Shown here piece after piece: positions 23,991 to 36,480 of a DNA stretch of 64,000 nucleotides. This DNA comes from Pristiophorus japonicus. Its lineage: Eukaryota. The notes beneath the pieces are model-generated. The model was not told where the DNA came from, did no database searches, and saw only the letters and a program-made list of their open reading frames with translations. The stretch covers positions 211,420,001-211,484,000 of the forward strand of contig NC_091985.1 of NCBI RefSeq assembly GCF_044704955.1, in the 5' to 3' direction. Within the stretch, counting starts at the first letter, position 1; each line of letters opens with the position of its first letter. Position numbers and translations under genes: made by a program.

Positions 23991-24177
23991 CTGTTCCTGC
24001 TCTCGCGCCCTTTCCGAAGTCCCGCTGCTCGGCTGAATCATGCCCTTTGTAGGCTTACCGTTGCTCCCGCTCTTGTGCCCTTTCCAAAGGGATGGGCGCA
24101 AGTCTTTTTTTCCACTCGTGTTGATTCTTTCATCATCTGCTGCAGGCACAGTCTGGCAGCTGTCCTTCAGCACTCGG

Positions 24178-24712
24178 CCAGCTCAGTCAGTAGTGGTGCT
24201 ACCGAGCCAGTCTTGATGGACATTGAAGTCCCCCACCCAGAGTACATTCTGTGCACCTTGCTACTCGCAGTGCTTCTTCCTAGTGGTGTTCAACATGGAG
24301 GAGTACTGATTCATCAGCTGAGGGAGGGCGGTGGGTGGTCATCAGCAGGAGGTTTCCTTGTCCATGCTTGACCTGAAGCCAGGAGACTTCATGGGGTCCG
24401 GAGTCGGTGTTGAGGACTCCCAGGGCCACACTCTCCCGACTGTATACTACTGTACCGCCACCGGTGGGACAGGACATATCCAGGGAGGTGATGGAGGAGT
24501 CTGGGACATTGGCTGAAAGATATGATTCTGTGAGTATGACTATGTCAGGCTGTTGCTTGACTAGTCTGGGCCATCTCTTCCAATTTTGGCACCAGTCCCC
24601 AGATGTTGATGAGAAAGACTGGGCTGGGTGTGCCGTTGTCGGGTCCGTAGCCGGTGCGGAGGTCGATGCCGGGTGGTCCGTCCGGTTTTATTCTTATTGT
24701 TTTTCGTAGCGG
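24178..24712 (-). mobile_element. LINE APE-endonuclease fragment
   Basis: Minus strand GGGTVVYSRE...LLMTTHRPPSADESVLLHVE and GDFNVH (ATGGACATTGAAGTCCCC). Confidence 0.75.
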
Positions 24713-24714
24713 TG

Positions 24715-25068
24715 GATCAATTGATGAATCAATATGATCTTATTGAATGGTGGAGCAGGCTCGAGGGGCCAAATGGCCTACTCCTGCTTCTAATTCTTAT
24801 GTGCTTATTCCCTAGCCCAGATCCTGTCTCTATATTAAGAGCAATGATCCCAACACTGACCCTGGGGGACACCACTGTTTACATCCCTCCAGTCTGAAGA
24901 ACATCCATTAACCACTACTCTCTGTTTTCTGCCCTTTACCCAACTTCCTCTCCACGCGGCCCCACTCCCTTTAATACCATGAGCCTTAATTTGATCAACA
25001 AGCCTCCTGTCCGGCACCTTATCAAACACCTTTTGACAATCCATCTACACAACATCCACTGTATTTCC
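24715..25068. mobile_element. CR1 3' tail (+, 24715-24805) and CR1 RT fragment (-, 24830-25068)
   Basis: AGGCTCGAGGGGCCAAATGGCCTACTCCTG tail; MDCQKVFDKVP...GVPQG. Confidence 0.8.
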
Positions 25069-25469
25069 TTTCTCTGTGTTATTTCCTGCAATACTCCCTG
25101 CTGTCTGTCCTGAATGAATCCCTTTCACTACCAAATGTTGCAACGTTTACTTCTGTAACCAGAATCTACCCGCACAGGGGTAAAGCGCTCTATCAATGAC
25201 ACCAGGAGCCCAGACACGGGATCGGGCTGTGCTCTGAACAGGCGCAGTGCCAGTGGTGGAGGTGGTCTGAGGTGGAAGAGACATTCCGCGAGTCGGTAGG
25301 AGCTTGTGGGCTCAGCGGAGGAATTAGACCCCTGGGTGGGCTGGGCAGCTTCATAAACACCTGGTGTAGGCCCCAGGCACCTAATATGAGCCGGCAGGAC
25401 ACATGTTTGACTCGCGATGATGGACCCGACTGCTCGGGGTAACTAGCCGAATTATTAGACATGATCAGC

Positions 25470-25525
25470 GTGCCTGCGCGGCCATCTTGGTACAGGAACA
25501 GAGGGTGGGCGGGGCTTTAGGGTCC
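25470..25525. promoter_or_regulatory. YY1-type motif and GC box upstream of ZNF coding exon
   Basis: GCGGCCATCTTGG (~25477-25489) and GGGCGGGGC (~25507); possible proximal/alternative promoter. Confidence 0.35.
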
Positions 25526-25820
25526 CAGTGACCTCGAGAGAAAATCATTTCCTCATTTATTCTCAGTCTGCACAGACGGGATGTAGAACTGAACCCAACC
25601 AGAGAAGAGGGAGTGAGAAAACTGCAGATGGAAGAAAGAAATGATGGAGGTGGTGCGATGAGTTTGGATTTCAGCACAGGGTGGAGGGAGAGTGTGTGGG
25701 ATGGGAATTTACAGCTTTGGGGAACAAGAGAGGAAAGAATGTTCCATAAAAAGTAGAATTGTCTGTCCTCAATTTCTATCCTGCACTTCCAGTGCTGACT
25801 TTCGTAAACACCTTTTACAG

Positions 25821-26175
25821 GATATTAGAAGAGGAGGATTTACAGACAGGAAAATCGAACCAATTGTATCAAGATCTGACAGAGTCACTCGATTCACTTG
25901 AATATCATCGGCCTTTGAATGTGAAAGGAGAAACGTTTATCTGCTCTGTCTGTGGGAAAAGATTTCAAACATCAGTGTGACTGGAAAAGCACTGAGACAC
26001 ACACACCCGAGTGAGAGTGTTCCAGTGCACTGACTGTGGAAAGAGCTTTACCCAGTTACACAGCCTGAAAAAACATCGCACCATTCACAGCGGTGAGAAA
26101 CCGTACACGTGTTCTGTGTGTGGACGAGGCTTCAACTGATCGTCAAACCTGGAGAGACACAAGGATACCTGCACC
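25821..26175 (+). pseudogene. Degenerate in-frame N-terminal region with three former zinc fingers (now 5' UTR)
   Basis: Acceptor CCTTTTACAG| at 25820. Same frame as the CDS: [67 protein letters not shown]. Confidence 0.8.
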
Positions 26176-27018
26176 ATGGAGAATCCGTGGAAATGTGGAG
26201 ACTGTGGGAAGGGATTCAATTGCCCCTCTGCGCTGGAAACTCATCGACGCAGTCACACCAGGGAGAGGCCGTTCACCTGCCCCGCGTGTGGGAAGGGATT
26301 CACTCGTTCATCCCACCTCACTGAACACCAGCGAGTTCACACTGGGGAGAGGCCATTCACCTGCACTGTGTGTGGGAAGGGCTTCACTTATTCATCCAGC
26401 CTGCTGGCACACCAGCGAATTCACACTGGGGAGAGATCGTTCACCTGCTCCGTGTGTGAGAAAGGATTCACTTGTTCATCCAGCTTGGTGAGACACCAGC
26501 ATGTTCACACAGGGGAGAGGCCGTTTACCTGTCCCGTGTGTGGGAAGAAATTCGCTGCATCTTCACACCTCATTGAACACAAGCGTGTTCACACTGGGGA
26601 GAGACCGTTCGTCTGTCCCGTATGTGGGAAACGGTTTGCTAAATCATCTCATCATCTGAGTCACCAGCGAGCTCACACAGGAGAGAGGCCGTTCATCTGC
26701 TCTGTGTGTGGAAAGGGATTCACTAATTCATTCGAGCTTCATGCTCACCAGCGTATTCATACCGGGGAGAGACCTTTTACCTGTTCTGTGTGTGGGAAGG
26801 CATTCACTCGTTCATCCCACCTCACTGAACACCAACTTGTTCACACCAGTAAGAGACCGTTTAAATGTTCTGACTGTGAAAAGAGCTATAAAAGCAGAAA
26901 TGAACTGATGAAACACCAACGCACTCACACTGGGGAGAGGCCATTCATCTGCTACGAGTGTGGGAAGGGCTTCACTCGTTTATCCAACCTTCAGTCACAT
27001 CAGCGAGTTCACAAGTGA
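26176..27018 (+). CDS. C2H2 zinc-finger protein, 10 tandem fingers, no effector domain (280 aa)
   Basis: Ten CX2CX12HX3H fingers with TGERPF-type linkers; strong Kozak GCACCATGG; AATAAA at 27642-27647. Confidence 0.92.
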   Translation: MENPWKCGDCGKGFNCPSALETHRRSHTRERPFTCPACGKGFTRSSHLTEHQRVHTGERPFTCTVCGKGFTYSSSLLAHQRIHTGERSFTCSVCEKGFTCSSSLVRHQHVHTGERPFTCPVCGKKFAASSHLIEHKRVHTGERPFVCPVCGKRFAKSSHHLSHQRAHTGERPFICSVCGKGFTNSFELHAHQRIHTGERPFTCSVCGKAFTRSSHLTEHQLVHTSKRPFKCSDCEKSYKSRNELMKHQRTHTGERPFICYECGKGFTRLSNLQSHQRVHK

Positions 27019-27156
27019 CTGCAGGGGTTGGACTCTGCTTTTATTGTTGCAGTTAATCACATCCAGGACTGAACCATGTTCACTCGGACAGTTGGAGTTT
27101 GTTGCTGCTGGTGTAATTAATCCCTATAACTGGGCTGGAGTTTAATTTTCTCGATA

Positions 27157-27627
27157 TCATAGAATCATAGAATGGTTACAGCACAGAAGGAGGCCTTTCG
27201 GACCATCGAGCCCGTGCCGGCTCTCTGCAAGTCCCACTCCCCGCCCTTTCGCTGTAGCCCTGCAATTGTTTTATTTCAGGTACTTATCCAATTCCCTTTT
27301 TGAAAGCCACGATTGAATCTGCCTCCACCAGCCTTACAGGCGGTGCATTCCAGATCCTAACCACTCGCTGCTTAAAACAAAGTTTTTTCTCATGTCGCCT
27401 TTGGTTCTTTTGCCAATCACCTTGAATCTGTCCCCTCTGGTTCTCAATCCTTCCGCCAATGGGAATATTTTCTCTCTACTCTGTCCAGACCCCTCATGAT
27501 TTCAGAGCACCTCTATCAAATCTCTTCTCAACCTTCTCTGTTCTAAGAAGAACAACCCCAGCTTCACCAGTCTATCCATGTAACTGAAGTCCCTCATCCC
27601 TGGAATCATTCTTGCAAATCTTTTCTG
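27157..27627 (-). mobile_element. CR1 3' fragment inside ZNF 3' UTR
   Basis: (ATCATAGA)n tail followed by CR1 RT C-terminal sequence, located before the AATAAA. Confidence 0.8.
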
Positions 27628-27884
27628 TCAAACAACGATCAAATAAATCAGCTTTGTTTCCTACATACAGTGAGTCGATTCCTTGATTTCTCCACGAGGA
27701 GACTAATTGATGTCCTGTTATCGACTGTTCCTTTTCTCCTTTGTATTTATAAAGTGCCTTTCACGGCCTCTGTTTTAGTGATGTTGGTTGAGGGATAAAT
27801 GTTAGCTTGGACACCAGAGAGATTTCTTCGAAATAACGTCATGGAATCTTTTACGCCCACTTGAGAGGTCAGATGGTTCTGATT

Positions 27885-30407
27885 CTCAGAAGATCAAGAT
27901 GTAGGTCAGTTTGGGTGGAGATAAGAAATAATAAGGGAACAAAGTCACTGGTGGGAGTAGTCTATGGGCTCCCTATCAATAGCTACACTGCAGGACAGCA
28001 TATATATCAAGAAATAATGGAGGCTTATAAGAAAGGTACTGCAATAAGCATAAACGATTTAAATCTTTATATTGATTGGATATATCAATATAAAGATTAG
28101 GTGGCCTTGAGGAAGAGTTCATAGAGTGTATTCGGGATGTTTTCTTAGAACAATGCGCTATGGAACCAACCAGGGAGCAGACTATTTTAGAATTGGTAAT
28201 GTGAAATGAGACTGGGATTAATTCATGATCTCATAGTAAAGGATCCTCTTGGGAAGAGTGATCATAGTATGGTAGAATTCCAAATTCGGTTTGAGGGTGA
28301 GAAACTTGGGTCTCAAAATAGTGCCCTGAAAAATAAAGGCAATTACAAAGGAAGGGTAAGACAGTAGATAAGGAGTAGCAGACATTTAAAGAGATATTTC
28401 ATAGCTCAGCAAAGATATATTCCAATGAGAAAGAAAGACTCTAAGAAGGATGAACCATCCGTGGCTAACTAAGAAGTAATGGGTGGTATCAAATTGAAAA
28501 CAAAGGCATACAATGTTGCGAAGATTAATGAAAGGCCAGAAGATTGGAAACTTTTTAGAAAATAGTAAAGGACGACGGAAAAAAAGGGAATAGATTGAGA
28601 GTAAACTAGCAAGAAATATAAAAACAGACAGTAAGAGCTTCTACAGGTATATAAAAAGGAAGCGAGTAGCTAAGTTGGTCCTTTTAGAAGATGAGACTGG
28701 GGAATTAATAATGGGAAACAAGGAAATGGCAGAGAATTTGAATAAATATTTTGTATTGGTCTTCACTGTAGCATCTCAATAATTGATAATCAAGGGGCTA
28801 TTGGGAGGGGAGAACTTAAAACAATCACTATTGCTAGGGAGAAAAGGTACTAGGCAAACTAATGGGACTAAAGGTGGACAAGTCCCCTGGTCCTAATAGC
28901 CTGCATCCTCGGGTCTTAAAAGAAGTGGCTGCAGAGATGGTGGCCACATTGGTTGTAATCTACCAAAAATCCCTGGATTCTGGAGAGATCCCAGCAGATG
29001 TAATTCCCCTATTTAAGAATGGAGGGAGACAGAAAGCGGGAAACTGCAGACCAGTTAGACTAACATGTCATTGGGAAAATGCTGGAGTCCATTATTTAGA
29101 AAATCATAATGCAGTCAAGCAGAGTCAGCATGGTTTTATGAAAGGGAAATCATGTTTGACAAATTTGATGGCGTTCTTTGAGGATGTAACGAACAGGGTG
29201 GATAAAGGGGAACCAGTAGATGTCATGTATTTGGATTTCCAGAAGGCACTCGATAAGGTGCCACATAAAAGGTTACTGCACAAGATAAGAGCTCACGGGA
29301 TTGGGGGTAATATATTAGTATGGATAGAGGATTGGCTAACAAACAGAAAACAGAGCGTAGGGATAAATGGGTCATTTTCAGGCTGGCAAACTGTAACTAG
29401 TGGGGTGCCACAGGGATCAGTGCTGGGGCCTCAACTATTTACAATCTATATTAATGACTTAGATGAAGGGATCGAGTGAATGTAGCTAAACTTGCTGATG
29501 ATACAAAGATAAGTGGGAAAGCAAGTTGTGAGGAAGATGCAAATAAAGGGATATAGATCAGCTCAGTGAGTGGGCAAAAGTTTGGCAGATGGAGTATAAT
29601 GTGGGAAAATGTGAGGTCATCCACTTTGGTAGGAAAAATAAAAAAGCAAATTATTATTTAAATGAGGAGAGATTAGAAAATGCTGCAACACAGAGGGATC
29701 TGCGGTACTTGTGCATGATACACAAAAAGTTAGCATGCAGGTACAGCGTAATTAAAAAGGCAAATGGAATGTTGACCTTTATTGCAAGGGGGATGCAGTA
29801 TAAAAGTAGGGAAATCCTGCTACAACTACACTGTTGGTGAGACCACACCTGGAGTACTGCGTACAGTTTTGGTCTCCTTATTTAAGGAGTGATATACTTG
29901 CATTGGGGGCAGTTCAAAGAAGGTTCACGAGATTGATTCCTGAGATAAAAGAGTTGTCTTATGAAGAAAGGTTGAGCAGGTTGGGCCTATATTCATTGGA
30001 GTTTAGAAGAATGAGAGGTGATCTTATTGAAACGTATAAGATTCTGAGGAGGCTTGACAGGGTAGATGCAGAGAGGATGCTCCCCCCCTGTGGAGGAATC
30101 TAAAACTAGGGGTCATAGTTTCAGAATAGGGGGTCGCCTATTTAAAATAGAGATGAGGAGGAATTTCTTCTCTCAGAGGAACATGAACCTTTGGAATTCT
30201 CTGCCCCAGAGAGCTGTGGAAGCTGGGTCATTAAATATATTTAAGGTGGAGATAGACAGATTTTTGGGAGTCGAGGGTTATGAGGAGTGGGCAGGGAAGT
30301 GGAGTTGAAGGCAAGATCAGATCAGATCAGCCATGATCTTATTGAATGATGGAGCAGATTCGAGGGGCCAAATGGCCTACTCCTGCTCCTATTTCTTATG
30401 CTCTTAT
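27885..30407 (+). mobile_element. CR1 LINE, long decayed ORF2 (EN-RT) to 3' tail
   Basis: [70 protein letters not shown]. Confidence 0.95.
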
Positions 30408-30562
30408 GGGGCCTCATGTGAAAGACGGCACCCCTCACAGTGCAGCGCTCCCTCTGCACTGCATTGGAATGTCGGCCTAGATTTTATGCTCCATGCTCTG
30501 GGAGTGGACTTGAACCCACAACCTACTGACTCAGAGACTACCACTGAGCCACGACTAACACC
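30408..30562 (-). mobile_element. tRNA-derived SINE 5' part (SacSINE1/DeuSINE-like)
   Basis: Reverse complement of 37971-38120; tRNA-like A/B boxes (GTGGCTCAGTGG, GGGTTCAAGTCC). Confidence 0.75.
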
Positions 30563-30664
30563 GCATTGCTCGGGATTATTTGAGTTCTCTTGCCGTCTGT
30601 TACTCCCACAGACAAGTCCGAGCTCCCCATACCTTCAAGAGTGCCTCTCCTAGCCTTGCAATCA

Positions 30665-31632
30665 GAGAATCATAGAAATTTACAGCACAGAAGGAGGCCA
30701 TTCAGCCCATCATGTCCGTGCTTGCTGACAAAGAGCGTTCCAGCCTGATCCCACTTTCCAGCTCTTGGATCGTAGCCTTGTAGCTTACGGCACTTCAGGT
30801 GCATTATCCAAGTACTTTTTAAATGCTATGAGGGTTTCTGCCTCTACCACCCTTTCAGGCAGTGAGTTTCAGACCCCCACCACCCTTGGTGAAAATATTT
30901 CTCCTCAAATCCCCTCTAAACCTCCTACCACTTACTTGAAAGCTATGTCCCTTGTTTATTCAACCCTCTGCTGAGGGAAATAGGTCCTTCCTATCTGCTC
31001 TATCTAGGCCCCTCATAATTTTATACACCTCAATTAGGTCTCCTAAGCCTCCTCTGTTCCAAAGAAAACAACCCCAGCCTATCCAATCTTTCCTCATAGC
31101 TAAAATTCTCCAGTCCAGGCATCATCCTCATAAATTTCCTCTACCCTCTCTGGGGCAGTCACATCTTCCCTGTACTGTGGTGACCAGAACTGCACGCAGT
31201 ACTCTAACTGTGGCCTGAGTAGTTTTTTATACAGTTCAAGCATAATCTCCCTACTCTTCTATTCTGTGCCTCGGCTAATAAAGGCAAGTATCCCGTATGC
31301 CTTCTTAACCACCCCCCTTTGTCCCTCTACACTTCTCAGTGTCCTACCATTTATTGTGTATTCCATTTCCTTGTTAGCCCTCCCCAAATGCATCACCTCA
31401 CACTTCTCCGGATTGAGTTCCATTTGGCACTGTTCTGCCCACCTGACCAGTCCATTGATATCTTCCTGCAGTCTACCGCTTCTTCATTATCAAGCACAGG
31501 GCCAATTTTTGTATCATCTGCAAACTTCTTAATCATACCTCCTATATTCAAGTCCAAATCATTGATTATATATATATCACAAAAAGCAAGGGACAAGTAC
31601 TGAGCCCTGTGGAAGCCCACTGGAAACTGCCC
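30665..31632 (-). mobile_element. CR1 3' portion (second subfamily)
   Basis: INDLDLNIGGMIKKFADDTKIG; AGAATCATAGAA tail. Confidence 0.88.
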
Positions 31633-31908
31633 TGGGATGGTAGAGAAGGAGATTTATTCTGTATCTAAACCAGGCTGTAGTTGGCCTGGGCGTGTTTGAT
31701 GGGGAGTATAGAGGGAGCTTTCCTCTATATATGTAGAGGGAACTTAACTCTGTACCTTGCCTGTGCTATATATGACCTGGGAATGTTTGATGGGACAGTG
31801 CAGAGGGAGCATTACTCTGTCACTAACCCATGTTGTTTTTGCCCTGGGAGTGTTTGAAGGGTCAATGTGGAGGGAGCTTTACTCTGTATCTAATCCCTGC
31901 TGTACTAC
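31633..31908 (+). repeat. 67-bp satellite, short array
   Basis: GTGTTTGATGGGACAGTG..GAGGGAGC units. Confidence 0.75.
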
Positions 31909-31929
31909 ATGTCTTATTACATTAATATA

Positions 31930-32372
31930 CTTGCAGAATTGGCATATAATGAATTTCAACACTGATAAATGTGAGATATTGCATTTTGGTAACAGAAATA
32001 AGGAGGTCACATATTAGTTGGAAAACCAGAATCTAAATGGGGCAGAAGAGCAAAGTGATCTCAGAATACAAATGCAAAAATCACCAAAGGTAGCGACGTA
32101 GGTTAATAAGGCCGTTAAAAAGAGCAAACCAAGCACTCGGGTTTATTTCCAGGGGGATTGAATTGAAAAGTAGCTAAATTATGCTGAACTTGTATCAAAC
32201 CTCGTTTAGACCACATTTGGAGTACTGTGTACAATTGTGATCTCCATATTATAAAAAGGGTAGAGGCATTGGCGAGGGTGGAAATTAGATTTACAATTAT
32301 GATACCAGAAATGCGAGGTTATGCCTATTAGGAAAGAATGAAAAGGCTGGGTCTCTTCCTCTTGAAAAGAGA
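31930..32372 (+). mobile_element. Old CR1 fragment
   Basis: MNFNTDKCEILHFG..RPHLEYCVQ. Confidence 0.75.
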
Positions 32373-32379
32373 AGGTGAT

Positions 32380-33085
32380 TTTAAAAAATATTTGTTCATG
32401 GGATGTGGGGTCCGCTGGCAAGGCCAGCATTTATTACCCATCTCTAATTGCCCTTGAGAAGATGGTCGTGAGCCACCTTCTTGAACCGCTGCAGTCCGTG
32501 TGATGGAGCGGCGAGGTCAGGGCGAAGGAGCGGCGAGAGATTGTAGAGGGACATGACCGTGGCCCAGGAGAGGCGTGAGTTTGGGGCCCAGAAGAGGCGA
32601 GGGCCCAGGGGCAGTACAGGCCATCCACACTGCGACATACGTGCGCATTAGGTCCGTGCAGCAGAGCTGGTCTCCAGTCGTTTTGGTTAATCCTTGCCAC
32701 TGGACCAAGACCTAGCTCTGTCAAGCCCTTGTGGTGGCTGGTGTGCAACGGTCACCACACGTTAAAAAAAATCCACGCACAGGCATCTTCCACTCTTCAA
32801 CATGTAGTACGGGACCTGGTATTTTAGGTCCTTCATTGAAACACCTGTGAACTTTTTGACGTGGAAGCAAGTCATCCTTGATTCGAGGGACTGCCTATGA
32901 TGATGATGATGAGGGAGGGAGTGCCAGGATTTTGACCCAGCGACGAAGGAACGGTGATATTCTTACATATCAGGATGGTGTGTGACTTGGAGGGGAACAT
33001 GCTGGTGGTGGTGTTCCCATGTGCTTGCTGCCCTTGTCCTTCTAGATGGTAGAGGTCACTGGTTTGGGAGGGGCTGCCGAAGAAG
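32380..33085 (-). mobile_element. LINE 3' fragment interrupted by RTE-tailed element
   Basis: Reverse complement of 4878-5035; continues after 32912. Confidence 0.6.
32500..32912 (+). mobile_element. RTE-tailed short non-autonomous element
   Basis: Ends GTGGAAGCAAGTCATCCTTGATTCGAGGGACTGCCTATGATGATGATG, matching the RTE tail at 6641-6690 (minus). Confidence 0.8.
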
Positions 33086-33590
33086 CACTCTCATATCTCC
33101 ACCTGTTTCTTTCTCAATTTCTCTCTCTTCCCCCCACCTTGTTCTCTCTCTCTCTAATTCACATTTGCTCTATTAAGAACATAAGAAATAGGAGCAGGAG
33201 TAGGCCATTTTGCCCTTTGAGCCTGCTCCGCCATTCAATAAGACCTCTACCTCTCTCATTTCTCTCTGCCTCACTGTCTCTCACTCTTTCCACCTTTCTC
33301 TTCTCTGCTTCTCTGTCCCTCTTTCTGCTATGCTCTCAGTCTACCTCTCTCCGCCTCTTTCGCCCCTCTCTCTTCTCTCTGCCCCATTCTCTTCTCCCTT
33401 GCCATCCCAGCCAATACCTTCTCTTCCTTTCCTTTCTTTCTCTGCCTCATTCTGTCTCTCCCACTCCCCCTTTTGGATTTAAGTCTCACTCTGTCTCACT
33501 TACTTTGCTGTCTGTTTGATCTCACTCTGTCCAGCTCTCTCTCCCTTCCGTGTCAATCTTTGTCTCACTCATTCGCTCTCTCTCCCTTCA
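33085..33590. repeat. CT-rich low-complexity tract with a small CR1 tail (33175-33243)
   Basis: Pyrimidine-rich simple sequence. Confidence 0.8.
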
Positions 33591-35447
33591 TGCGGATTGG
33601 AAGGTACCAAATATAACCCCACTATTTAAGAAAGGAGGGAGAGAGAAAACAAGGAATCACAGACCAGTTAGCCTGACATCAGTAGTAAGGAAAATGCTAG
33701 AATCTGTTATAACGATGTGGTAACAGGGCACTATTAAAAATAATAACAGGATTGGGCAGAGTCAATACGGATTTATAAAACTGAAATCATGTTTGACAAA
33801 TCTGTTAACATTTTTTGAGGTGGTAACTAGCAGAATAGATAAGGGGGGAACTAGTGGATGTGGTGTATTTGGATTTTCAGAAGGCATTCGACAAGAGATA
33901 ATTAAACAAAATTAGAGCTCATAAGATTGGGGGTACTATACTCGCATGGATTGAGGATTGGTTATAAAATCATAAAATAGTACAGGACAATATAAGCTTA
34001 AACCAGAGTGAGTAATAGAATAGGTTAGATTATAATGTGTGATGTTTATACCTATAATTATTAAAACTATAAGAAATAACTAACAGCAGGCAGGGGAGTT
34101 TAGGGATAATCAGAAAATTGCTGAAGAAAAGTAACTGCTGGGAACCAGGGAAAGTGTCCTTGTAAATCACAGATTAGAGAAGTTCCAGCTGTCTTTTCCC
34201 AGCTTCCTGCCAAAACCCAGCAGAGAAGACAAAGAAGAGTCAGGTGCCAGAGATGGATCACTGCAGGGTATAAAAGTGAGGGGAGACTGATGTAAGGGGG
34301 CAGTCGGGACTGGAGACACCGGAGATCAAGCTCAGGGCGCCCGAGGTTCCATCCAGCGGGCTGACCTTGTGTCATTTACAGTGGACACGAGCATGGATTG
34401 AGGATTGGTTAATGGACAGAAAACAGAGTCGGAATAAACGGGTAATTTTCGGGTTGGCAGGCTGTAACTAGTGGAGTGGTACCGTAGGGATCAGGGCTTG
34501 GGCCCCAGCTATTCACAATCTATATCAAAGATTTGGATGATATCCAAGTTTGTTGATGATACAAAGCTAGGTGGGAATGTAATTGTGAGGATGATGCAAA
34601 ATGCAAAGAAACTTCAAAGGGATATAGATGGGCTAAGTGAGTGGGCAAGAAGATGGAAAATGGAATATAATGTGAAGTTATCCACTTTGGAAGGAAAAAT
34701 GGAAAAGCAGAGTAGTTTGTAAATGCTGAAAGATTGGAAAATGCTGTTGTTCAGAGGGTCCTGGGTGTCCATGTATATGAATCGCTGAAAGTTAACATGC
34801 AGGTACAGGAAGCAATTAAGAAAGCAAATGGTATGTTGACCTTTATTATAAAAGGATTTGAGTGTAAGAGTAAAGATGTCTTACTGCAATTACATACTGC
34901 CCTGGTGAGACCACATTTGAAGTATTGAGTACAGTTTTGATGATCTTGCCTAAGAAAGGATATACTTGCCATTGAGGAATGGAGGTTCACCAGACTGATT
35001 CCTGGGATGGGGGATTGTCCTATGAAGAGAGATTGAGTAGATTAGGCCTATATTCTCTGTAGTTTAGAAGAATGAGTGGTAATCTAATTGAAACATACAC
35101 AATTCTTAAAGGGCTTGACAGGGTAGATGCAGGAAGGATATTTCCTCTGGCTGGGAGTCTGGAACCAGGAGTCACAATCTCAGAATAAGTGTCGGCCATT
35201 TAGGACTGAGATGAAGATAAATTTCTTCACTCAGAGGATGGTGAATCTTTGGAAGTCTCTCCCCCAAAGGGCTATGGATGCTCAGTGTTTGAGTATATTC
35301 AAGGCAGCTTGATACATTTTTGAATATTAAGGGGTGAAGGGATATGAGGAAAGTGGAGTTGAGGTAGAAGATCAGCTATGATATTATTGAATGGTGGATC
35401 AGGCTCGAGGGGCCGAATGGCCTGCTCCTATTTTTTGTGTTCTTATA
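33591..35447 (+). mobile_element. CR1 RT region with a 426-bp insert at 33965-34390
   Basis: CR1 RT motifs; 21-bp direct repeat GCATGGATTGAGGATTGGTTA at 33944-33964 and 34391-34411. Confidence 0.88.
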
Positions 35448-35494
35448 ACATAAGTGGATTGGAGTCACTGTTAATCTAGTGGAAAACTTGCTTT

Positions 35495-36480
35495 AGGTTC
35501 TAACCTCTGCTGCACCTCTGACACAGTTGACTACTCCATCCTCCTCCAACGCCTCTCCATCAATGTCCAGCTAGGTGGGACTGCACTCGCCTGGTTCCAT
35601 TCTTGCCTATCTAATCGTAGCCAGAAAATATCGTGCAATGGTTTCTCTTCCCACTCCTGCATTGTTACCTCTGGTGTCCCCCAAGGATCTGTCCTTGTTT
35701 CCCTCTTATTTCTCATCTATATGCTGCCCCTTGGCGATATCATCTGAAAACACGGAGTCAGTTTCTACATGTACGCTGACGATACCCAGCTCTATCTCTC
35801 CACCACTTGTCTTGACCCATGCTTGGTATCTAAATTGTCAGATTGCTTGTCCGACATCCAGTACTGGATGAGCAGAAATTTTCTCCAATTAACTATTGGG
35901 AAGACCGAAGCCATTATCTTTGGTCCCCGCCACAAACTGCGTTCCCTAACCACTGACTCCATCCCTCTCCTTAGCATCAATCTGAGGGTGAACAAGACTG
36001 TTCACAACCTAGGTGTCATATTTGACCCTGAAATGAGTTTCCAGCCACATATCCATGGCATAACTAAAACCACCTTTTTCCACCTCCATAACATTACCCA
36101 CCTCCGCTCCTGCCTCAGCTCTTGTGCTGCTGAAACCCTCATCCATGCCTTTGTTACCTCTAGACTTGACTACTCCAACTCACTCCTGGCCGGTCTCCCA
36201 CATTCCTCACTACGTAAACTTGAAGTCATCCAAATCTCAGTCCCCCATGTACTAACCCGCATCAAGTCAAGATCACCCGTCACTCCTGTGCTTTCTGACC
36301 TCCATTGGCTCCCAGTTAAACAAAGCCTCGATTTCAAAATTCTCATCCTCGTTTACAAATCATTTCATGGTCTCGCTCCTCCCTATCTCTGTAATCTTTT
36401 TCAGCCTCACAACCCCACAAGATATCTTGCTCCTCAAATTCTGGCCTCTTGAACATCCCTCATTATAACTGCTCAACCAC
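35495..36480 (+). mobile_element. L2-clade LINE RT C-terminal fragment
   Basis: GVPQGS, ORF 35769-36452 YADDTQLYL...LIHAFVTSRLDYSNSLL...LHWLPV. Confidence 0.92.

Noticed and set aside
25978-26139. Selenocysteine decoding of the three TGAs
   Set aside because: The TGAs are not at Cys ligand positions, CGA>TGA decay explains them, and no SECIS was recognised.
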